From assembly GCA_904063045.1 (NCBI GenBank), contig CAJFCJ010000018.1, positions 744,001 through 808,000 of the forward strand: 64,000 nucleotides of DNA, given 5' to 3'. How positions within the stretch are numbered: the stretch's first letter is position 1; every line of letters starts with the position of its first letter. The stretch is from Dimorphilus gyrociliatus (taxonomy: Eukaryota > Animalia > Annelida). The position numbers and the translations under genes are program-made. Below, piece by piece: positions 55,497 to 64,000 of the stretch. Below the pieces are notes generated by a model, which had not been told where the DNA came from, searched no databases, and saw only the letters and a list, made by a program, of their open reading frames with translations.

Positions 55497-58157
55497 CTAT
55501 TGTTTTTTCATTTTTTTCTTTTTCATAGGTTCTTTTTTACCGTTCATTTCCTTTCTCTTTCTCTTTTCTGGTTTTCGATTTTCAGTGACTTTCTTTTCAG
55601 TCTCATTATCCACTTTTTTTTCTTTAGCTTCGTTCTTAATGATTTTTTTATTACCGTTCTTTCCTGTCTTATTTAATTTCTTCATTTTTCTCTTTCCTGG
55701 TTTTTCAGTGACTTTCTTTTCAGTCTCACTATTCATTTCATCAGTTTCTTCTTTATCTTCATCCTTTACATTTTTATTATTGTTCTTCTCTTCATTACTT
55801 AATTTCTTGAACTTTGCAACAAAGAATCCGTCAAGGTTATTTCGGTGAGGATAGATGCGTCTAGTTAACTTCATGCTAGGCGTGAAACGATGTTGCTTGA
55901 ATTTCTCGAATCCCTCCTCTCCTATCGTCAATCCGGTGTTAACTAATTTTACATGTCTCATTTTTAGGGCATAATCCACAACCCATTCATTTTCCTCTAC
56001 AAGAACTGAGCAAGTTGAATAGACAACATAACCCCCTGTTTTAGACTTAGCATCTACGCAGTCGATAGCTCGTAGAATTAACTCTTTTTGAATATGTGAA
56101 CACCTGAGAAAATAACAAGATATTTAAAATATTATTCTTTATTAATTAAGTTATTCTATAAACCTTTGAATGTCTTTTTCATCCTTATTAGTTTTAGCCG
56201 AAGTATCTTTAGACACAACTCCTGTTCCACTGCAAGGTGCGTCTAAAAGGGCTCTATCAAAAGCGTGGAATATTTTATGCAGTTGACGACCATCGTAATT
56301 ACAGACAACAGTATTAGTTACTCCCATACGATGAATATTAGCAATAAGAGCTTTGCATCGATCTTTGTTGGCATCATTTGCCATAACTAAACCCGTATTA
56401 CGCATTAATTGAGCTGTAAAAATCCCAATATATCAATAGGAATCTTCAAAATATTATAACCAACCTATGTAAGTTGTTTTTCCTCCTGGTGCAGCTGCCA
56501 TATCTAACACTCGTTCATTCTCTTGAGGAGCAAGAGCCATAACTGGCAGTAAACTTGCTCCTCCTTGTAGCATATAATGACCACCTAAATACTCAGGAGT
56601 AGCTCCTATAGGAACGGAAGAGTCAAATATAACTAAACCAACTTTAGACCACTTTCCAATAGGATCTAAGTTAACCCCACGATTAATTAGAGCTTGAGCT
56701 AAATCTCTTCTCCTTGTTTTTAAAGTATTAGTACGAATCGTCACGGGTCGTTCAACTTCGTTAGCTTCCATGAATTCAATAATCTGTTATAATAAAAATA
56801 TTTTGAATATTTTAAACAGATAAGCACAACTTTCGTATTAAACCTCATGAGGAAGAAGTTCATAGAATTTTCCAGCAAGATATTCATTGTAACTATAATA
56901 GAATGCTAAATCTTGTATAAGCTGATCTATGTAATCCCCTCTTGATTTTCCCTCCTCTTTCCTCTCTTTAAAGTTATCCAAAACTCCCAAAATATCTTTT
57001 ATTCTCTGCTTCACTATTGTTAGATCAGGAGATTCTTTTTGTAAGCATTATTAAGGAATAATTATTCAATGTTCTCTAAATAATATACAGAAAAGTTTCA
57101 AAAAAATTCTTTATCTTAAACACTTTTAAAGGATATCTTTTTCAATTTCCTGGCCACTCGGTAAAACAATTTTCTCTGTTGTTGCAATATTAGTTTGTAA
57201 TTCCATTTCTGCATCTTCATCATCCTGCTCTTGCTGCTTTGCAAGTTTTCGGGCGGCTTTTTCTATTGGTAGTTCACTTTCTGAAGCATCCGAATTAATA
57301 TCGAATTCATCATCGACCTAAAAAAACGAATACTACTATTAAAAGATGAGTTTTGGTGCAACAAATACTTACGTCGTCGCTGTCAAGTGAAATATCACTA
57401 TCCATATTTGCCTCGTCAAATTCATCATCCGGTAGATCTGGCGCTTCAGAAAGTTCATCTTCCTCACTCTCCTGAACTAAAATGACAATTAAAAAGTTGG
57501 TATTTTGATATGTTTTGCAATTAATTTCTTAGAGAAGATAAAAAATTAGTCATACTTTTTGGTTTCTTCTTTTCCTTTTTTTTATTTGAATTCTTCAATT
57601 TTTTCTTAGTTTTTGTGAAGGATTTTAAAGGAGCAGGTATGTCATCATCTCCATCTATGCAAATAAAAGTTATTTATTTACTTTGTACTTTATTTGACAA
57701 ATTTTTCTTGATGTTTACTATAATTTTTCTAATTCAACAATTTTGAGAAAAATATTTAGCAACTAAATTAACTCATAATTGCAACTTAAATAAAATAATT
57801 AATCAAGTTTTTCATACGGTCCATGAGATCTTAGGGGATTTAAAGGCAGAAGCAATTTTTTTAGAAAAAAGGGTTTAAAAAAGTTTTACCTGAATTATCA
57901 TCGTCAGGGAATAGCTTCTGAACTATCTTTTTGGATTCAGGTTTTCCTTGCTTTTTCTTAAGCACTTTTTTGCCTCTTCTTTTACTAGCATCTTTCTCGC
58001 CAGGTTCTGAATTGCCATGCTTTTTAAATATAAGTATGTTTCGTTGCTAATCTCTCTTACCTAGTAAATGTCTTGGAATGGTAGGATCTGGTTGCTTCCT
58101 AGCTTTTCTTCCTGGACCAGATTTTGGCCTGTCGGCAAGACTTTTTTTTCTGCCCAT
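55497..58157 (-). CDS. NOP2: NOP2/NSUN1 28S rRNA m5C methyltransferase
   Basis: MGRKK...[67 protein letters not shown]. Confidence 0.97.
57041..57136 (-). other. U12-type (minor spliceosome) AT-AC intron, 96 nt
   Basis: 5' site G|ATATCCTTT, branch site TTCCTTAAT (57058-57050), 3' end ...GCTTAC|. Removing it gives the in-frame [20 protein letters not shown]. Confidence 0.95.
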
Positions 58158-58364
58158 TGATCGTTTAGAGTTCTCAGTAGTCACGTTTTTTTATGGAGCG
58201 ATAATATGTGACTAAAGGACTATTTTATTATTTTCGTATGAATACATATTTACATATATTTATTATTAAAGATTAAAGTTACCACTCTTTATAATTTAAT
58301 TTTTTTTTGGAAATATTATAGCAGCATTAGGTTAGTATTTTTTTTACCTTATTTTGAAAACCGC

Positions 58365-58377
58365 ATTTCCTCTTCCG
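58365..58377 (-). promoter_or_regulatory. Tandem GGAA motif CGGAAGAGGAAAT in the NOP2/septin divergent promoter
   Basis: Same 6-nt GGAA spacing as the motifs at 6371, 11465 and 16151. Confidence 0.45.
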
Positions 58378-58446
58378 CTTTCGAATAAAGACCGACAAAC
58401 GAAAATTTTGATTAGCATAAACTGAGGTTTCACCTAAGTTTTCGGA

Positions 58447-59620
58447 ATGGATGATAAAATCATAAATTCTGATGAACCTGGCATGGTTGGATTTGGCGGC
58501 TTGCCTAACCAAATACAGAGAACTTTATATAAAAAAGGATTTGATTTTACACTAATGGTTGTTGGACAATCGGGGCTTGGTAAATCGACGCTAATTAATA
58601 CTCTTTTTCTCACCGACCTGCCAGCTAAGAAGAAAGGAAATCAAAAATTAAAAATCGAAAGTTCTACTGTGGAGATTGAAGAGAGGGGCGTGAAATTGCG
58701 ATTAAGCGTAGTAGACACTGTCGGATTCGGAGATTCCATCAACAATCAAGAAGGGTTTCAGCCTATTATTAAATACATCGACGATCAATTTGAAAAATAC
58801 TTAAGAGATGAATCTGGTCTTAACCGACGCAATATTCACGATTCAAGAGTGCATTGCCTTCTTTATTTTATTGACCCAAGCGGTCACTGTTTGAAACCTA
58901 TTGATATCCAATTTCTTAAAGAAGTTCATAATAGAGTAAATGTTATTCCTATTATCCCGAAAGCTGATATGCTTACAATAAACGAACGACAAACGATGAA
59001 GAAAATGATCAGACAACAACTCATTGAGAATAAGATTTCCATTTATGATCTACCACCCTGTGAGCCAGATGATGATGATAGCTACAAGAAATTATGCAAA
59101 CGCATAAAGGATGCTGTCCCATTTGCCGTAATAGCATCTATGGATAAGGTACCTATTGCTAGTGCTGCAGGAAAAGGAACAGGATTGGTAAGAGGAAGAA
59201 CTTACCCTTGGGGAACCGTTCTAGTTGACGACGAAAAACATTCAGATTTTGTAATACTAAAAAAGCTAATAATGTATGCAGGTCACAAAAATGGTCATCA
59301 AATTCTAATAACATTTCTCATTTAATAGAACTCATCTTCAAGATCTTCAAGATGTTACTCATACAGTACACTACGAAAATTATCGATCGAAAAAACTGAG
59401 TAATGACCCCAAGAGAGCTATGGCATCATCAGCTAGCGGCTTGTCACAAAAGGAAAGAGACTTGTTACTGAAGGAACAGGAAGTAAGAGAAAGCATACTT
59501 AATATGATACGAATTGTTTTAATTCAATTTATATATTTATAGCTTGAACAAATGAAGAGAAAATTGCAAGAAGAGCAAGAAATGTTAAGGAAACAAAGAG
59601 AAGGGTTTAGAGCAAAGTAA
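58447..59620 (+). CDS. Septin, SEPT2-group-like, 3 exons
   Basis: GFDFTLMVVGQSGLGKS, EERGVKLRL, RGRTYPWG, THLQDLQDVTH, and a C-terminal coiled coil. Confidence 0.93.
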
Positions 59621-60022
59621 AATTTGTTTGATAAATGGAATGTATTTCCAAGTTGTATTTAGTAAACTGATCTGCGCTTCTTTAGTGTTATTCTTTTTAT
59701 TTTATAAGAGTATCTTTTTACTAAATCATGTTTAATGTGTTCACAACTACTTGATTTGACAAAAAGAACACGGTGGCTAAACTTTAAAAGATATCGAATT
59801 ATATTTTTTTTACTCTATTTGTTTTTGTGCTTTTTTTTTGCATACAAGTTAGTCGACAGAATCTGAAAAGTATGAATTTGATACGATATAAATTTTCATT
59901 CAAAATAAAATTAAAAAAGTAATGATTTTGATTTTTTTAATTTATATTTTCACTTCAACCCCTTTACATAGACAATCATATTCACTAACAAATGCATTAT
60001 CCATTATAAATTAGTTATTTCT

Positions 60023-60574
60023 CTAAGTCTCCTGACCTCCGGTTTGTGACAAGTGTCGAACAATATCAACCCAATCGTGCCCTCTTGGAAGTTCTCCTGT
60101 CGTCGAAAGTTTATTATACATTCTTCTTTTTTGAGATTTCGTCAATTGCTCTTTTTTTATTTTGACGTTTTTTGTTTGAATTTCAGTGGGAACGTTCTCT
60201 TCTTTATTTTCCGTAGAACTAGGTATAATATCAGGAATTAATTCATCAATATTTTGTTGTACATGATCAAAAAGAACGAAAGTCATAGGCGATCCCAAGT
60301 AATGTTCTATTTCATTTTCTATTTTTTGCTTTATATGCGATTTGCATTCAGAACTTAAGAAATTATTGTAAAATAAATCCAAATTAATAAGAGGACCTTC
60401 ATCAGGATAGTTTTTAGTCCATTCAATCTGTACCAAAAGGGTCTTTTTTTCATTTATGGTGGAAGTCACCTTACATTGGAATGTAGTATCATTTATAACT
60501 TTAAAATTCTCATCATCATCATACATTGCTTTAATCGCCTCCCTCTCATCGGATTGTTGTTCTTCGATACTCAT
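60023..60574 (-). CDS. RWDD4: RWD domain-containing protein 4, intronless
   Basis: True start is MSIEEQQSDEREAIKAMY at 60574; the ORF track over-extends it. YPDEGP, KEQLTKSQKRR, GELPRGHDWVDIVRHLSQTG. Confidence 0.92.
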   Translation of the reverse strand: MSIEEQQSDEREAIKAMYDDDENFKVINDTTFQCKVTSTINEKKTLLVQIEWTKNYPDEGPLINLDLFYNNFLSSECKSHIKQKIENEIEHYLGSPMTFVLFDHVQQNIDELIPDIIPSSTENKEENVPTEIQTKNVKIKKEQLTKSQKRRMYNKLSTTGELPRGHDWVDIVRHLSQTGGQET

Positions 60575-61010
60575 TCTTCCAACCGATGAGTTTGATTTGG
60601 TCACGTTTCTCTGAGCGATAAACACCCAATCTGAAAGGAAAACTGTTCTAATTCTGAAAGACGTCCAAAGAGTGGTGTTGTTTTTCAAATGAAAGAATGT
60701 CGTTCATTGATAATTTTCCTATATTTCACGAAGTTTTTTTACAGTCATACTTCTATATTAATTTGTATGCCTGTAACTTGTTTTAATTCAGTAAGAACTT
60801 TAAGTTAGATATCTGAACTGGATATATTATATAAAAGATACGAATATGGAAATAGTTTTATTAAGCTTGATTAGTTCATAAAGATAAGCAATTAAGCTGT
60901 TTTTAATATAATACATTCGGTAAATGCACACCTTCTGGCACTTGCCAATCAAAGAATTGTCATTAACATAGTGCAATAAACAAACACACAAATATTCCTA
61001 AAGTTTTCAT

Positions 61011-64000
61011 TTAAGTTTGTAGCAATAAGGCAACACCTCCCAATGTCCATTTTCCAGGTTTTTCCTTAGTTTTCAGATTAAACGTCCAAACGAAAGTTGG
61101 ACCTCTTTGCTTTGTTTTATATACGGGACATTCGTACATATTTCTCAAATCTTGTCTATCAACGGGTATAGCCTTAATAAACATAACTGGCATTGGGGGA
61201 GCTAATTCTTTTAGTCTTGCTTCTTGGATCATGCCTGTCTGCATATCCCATCTTGCTCCTTCCATAAATAATCCATGAACGTATGCGCCTTCTCTTGGTG
61301 GTCCTCCCATATCTTCTCTTGTTTTCTTTGTTACATCACACTGTAGGCACATCCTATCTAGTGGCCATTCGTTCTTACGAGCCATCTGTTGCATAATGGC
61401 TGTGAGGAAAGACTGAGGATTGAAGAAGCCTCCCAGCCAAACTGCAGCCGGAAGTTGGAAATCAGAGACCCAGGTTTCTAGCTCCTTTACTCTTTGAAGG
61501 AGATCAGCATACCATACTGTTAGACCATAGAGAGATGGATAGGCTTTCCTTGACCAACTTTCTGGAACATTATCTAAGAAAAGAGCATTTCCAAGTTCTT
61601 CCATATCTGAGGTAATTGTCAACTCTCCCTTTAAGCCGAGATCTAATTCTTTAAGACTTCTCTTTATTTCGTTGGTCAATGTATTCATTCGTTCACATTC
61701 CTGGAAAGCGACTACAACATACGGAGTTCTTTCATCTGGTGGTACTTTACCCATAATTTCATGCATGTTAAACTCATCCGGTAGTTTTTCGACAATTTCG
61801 TCAAGAGATTGTTTAATTTTTTCTTCCCTGGATACTCCTGCACCTCCTGAAGCTCCTGCGTCTCTTGGTTGCATCTCAAAGACAGTTTTGAATAAATTAT
61901 CGGATGTTGTGTTGAGAAATTCGATTTCAGCATTTGGATGTAATCCGTACAAGTAGGGACTTTCTGGAGGTAAAACTTCGTCAATAAAGCTATGATATCC
62001 CTTGTAATCTGAATTTGGCGGAATTGGGAAACCGGGAGCAAGATAGAGCTCTCCATCTAACATGTCAGGGTGCATGTATGTTTCCAGATATGTTTTACAT
62101 AATCTCCTGTCCCAATCGTCTGTGATATGTCCACCGTACATAATCTCTCCAAAAAGATATCTTAAATCTTCCCACGGAACTTTAGTGTTAGCTTCCAAAT
62201 AGTTGTATAAAACGTTTACTGAAATTGTAAGATCTCCAGTGTTGTATGGATACACTCTATTCCATCCTTGAGGACCAAACTTTCTCCTTTCACAAACGAC
62301 AGCGTGGAAGTAGCAAAGGGCGAAAAGGATGGCTTTAAATTCTGCTTCTCTCGCGCACATTTCCAGTGTGTCTTGATTGAAGTTATCAAACGCCTTGTGT
62401 AGATTGGCGAACATTCCAGTGGGAGGTTCATTTGTAATTTTTATAGCAGACTCTAGGATTCCTTGAGGAATTATGTGAGCATCTTTAGTGGCAGCTGGCT
62501 CAGCAGAAATATATACTCTGTAGTTGGCATGAGAGCTTGCACCCAGCTCTTCTAATTTCTTTTCTAATGTTGGGAGCCATTTAGCAACAAGATGGACGTT
62601 CTGAAGGATAACCCAATGTCCCTCTTTAGCTCCTTCATCCATTGCTTGCTGAGCAACTATTTCTTGACCTTGACCGAGTGAAATATTGTGGAAATTTTTC
62701 TGGTCACTTGTGAAACCCAATTTTTTGCCAAGTGCTTCTACATCCTTTAGGGGATCTACACCAGGAGAAAGAATAAAGAATACTGGAGTGGCTGGATCGG
62801 TTTCTTCGTAACTCTTAGCAAAAGGTACACTTTTGCCTTCAGTATATTTCGCACCCATCTTCTCCTCAATGAAATAAGTTATCGCATATGTCATACGATC
62901 AGGGCGCAAAGCTCTCATCATGCACAATTTTTGAAGTGCATTCTTGTTTTTCCATTCTTGTGGTAGTTTTTCTTTCTCTGGACATTCACTTTCAACAAAC
63001 TTTTTCCATCTTTTAGCTGATCCTTCAATATCTCTGTCTAGATTTCTAAACTCGTCCATATTTGATAAAGCTTTGATACCTCCCCATGATAGATGAGACA
63101 AGAAGTCAACCGGTGAAGTTACATTTGGTACTGCAGGGAATCTTAATAAAAAGTCTAATTCAATAGGATTTATATCTTTCGTCATTAGCAAAATTTGGAA
63201 AGTCATTTGAGCTAAAAATATAAGTTTATCTTTCTCAAAAAGTCCTCTACTTGTGTAAACAGATACTGCAAAAGTAATTGTATCAATGAGGTTTGCTACT
63301 CGCTGTTTTACTTCATCAGAAGACTCTGCTCTATCAATGGCTTTTTCAAAAACTGTTCCAAAGGCCTTCAAAGAGAATTGATACATTGGAGAAATCTTAT
63401 TTAGATCATTCAAAATGAAGTATAAGAGCGAAGCTCTTGCAGCCGCCGGTCTATACATTTCCCTGGCTGTATTGATTTCAACTTCAGTTATCTTAGCTTG
63501 TTGAACTTGAGCTTCTATTTCAGTAGCTGTTCTCTTAGTAGTTTCTAAGTTTTCCACCAATTCATAATCACCCAAGAAGTTTCCTTCTGCTGTTGATAAT
63601 TTAGCCAGAAGTGAATCTTCGAGGCGTTTGAGCGTAATTTTAAATTCATTTTGCTGTCTTGTGAGATCTGATTTTGTTTTTTCTAGATCAGGACGTTCCT
63701 TACTAACTACAGCAGCCAACAGTTGATCTTCTAATCCATCTCTTGTAACGGTAAAATTGATGAGTGTTGTTTGAGCCTGCATTTCTGGCTTGTAATGAGG
63801 ATTAGCTAATTTAGTATGTAAGATCAGTTTAAATGAGGGATTATATTCCACTTCCTTATCTCCCATTTTTATGGCTCTTCCTTTTTTAATAGTATTTCTT
63901 CCCAATAGAGGGTCAAGTACGGGATCCACATTTTCGCCAATATTTTCTATTAACACTACCTCACCGGCTGAAACAGCTTGTTCTATGACGTCCAGATAAC
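61011..64000 (-). CDS. Axonemal outer-arm dynein beta-type heavy chain (DNAH9/DNAH17-like), 3' part
   Basis: AAA5-AAA6 and C-terminal domain: [63 protein letters not shown]. The frame stays open to the window edge. Confidence 0.95.
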   Translation of the reverse strand, partial: YLDVIEQAVSAGEVVLIENIGENVDPVLDPLLGRNTIKKGRAIKMGDKEVEYNPSFKLILHTKLANPHYKPEMQAQTTLINFTVTRDGLEDQLLAAVVSKERPDLEKTKSDLTRQQNEFKITLKRLEDSLLAKLSTAEGNFLGDYELVENLETTKRTATEIEAQVQQAKITEVEINTAREMYRPAAARASLLYFILNDLNKISPMYQFSLKAFGTVFEKAIDRAESSDEVKQRVANLIDTITFAVSVYTSRGLFEKDKLIFLAQMTFQILLMTKDINPIELDFLLRFPAVPNVTSPVDFLSHLSWGGIKALSNMDEFRNLDRDIEGSAKRWKKFVESECPEKEKLPQEWKNKNALQKLCMMRALRPDRMTYAITYFIEEKMGAKYTEGKSVPFAKSYEETDPATPVFFILSPGVDPLKDVEALGKKLGFTSDQKNFHNISLGQGQEIVAQQAMDEGAKEGHWVILQNVHLVAKWLPTLEKKLEELGASSHANYRVYISAEPAATKDAHIIPQGILESAIKITNEPPTGMFANLHKAFDNFNQDTLEMCAREAEFKAILFALCYFHAVVCERRKFGPQGWNRVYPYNTGDLTISVNVLYNYLEANTKVPWEDLRYLFGEIMYGGHITDDWDRRLCKTYLETYMHPDMLDGELYLAPGFPIPPNSDYKGYHSFIDEVLPPESPYLYGLHPNAEIEFLNTTSDNLFKTVFEMQPRDAGASGGAGVSREEKIKQSLDEIVEKLPDEFNMHEIMGKVPPDERTPYVVVAFQECERMNTLTNEIKRSLKELDLGLKGELTITSDMEELGNALFLDNVPESWSRKAYPSLYGLTVWYADLLQRVKELETWVSDFQLPAAVWLGGFFNPQSFLTAIMQQMARKNEWPLDRMCLQCDVTKKTREDMGGPPREGAYVHGLFMEGARWDMQTGMIQEARLKELAPPMPVMFIKAIPVDRQDLRNMYECPVYKTKQRGPTFVWTFNLKTKEKPGKWTLGGVALLLQT

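Overview
This is a 64-kb window of a very compact, AT-rich animal genome. It holds about 23 protein-coding genes, mostly with 50-70 nt introns, and several head-to-head gene pairs. The gene content and compaction suggest a miniaturised lophotrochozoan such as the annelid Dimorphilus; that is inference, not shown by the sequence. Gene order: FKBP8(+), SEL1L(-), UBE2E(+), cytoplasmic dynein intermediate chain(-), SEC61B(+), AARSD1(+), SLC17-family transporter(-), CCDC153(+), BORCS8(-), unknown 2-TM protein(+), TRMU(+), snoRNA host transcript with an intronic U17/snR30-like H/ACA RNA(-), ZRSR2(+), ATIC(-), WDHD1(-), TOP3A(+), mitochondrial ValRS(+), 3CxxC/RTP-like(+), crumbs(-), NOP2(-), septin(+), RWDD4(-), and the 3' end of an axonemal beta-type dynein heavy chain(-). 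I saw no tRNA, rRNA, CRISPR array or recognisable transposon. Five signals lie outside the ORF track: (1) two frame-incompatible, apparently mutually exclusive transmembrane exons in crumbs; (2) a U17-like snoRNA with a variant 18S-pairing motif; (3) a textbook U12-type AT-AC intron in NOP2; (4) two cassette exons plus a GCATG cluster in the dynein intermediate chain; (5) a tandem GGAA (ETS-like) motif shared by four divergent promoters. All splice models were read by hand and need RNA-seq confirmation.
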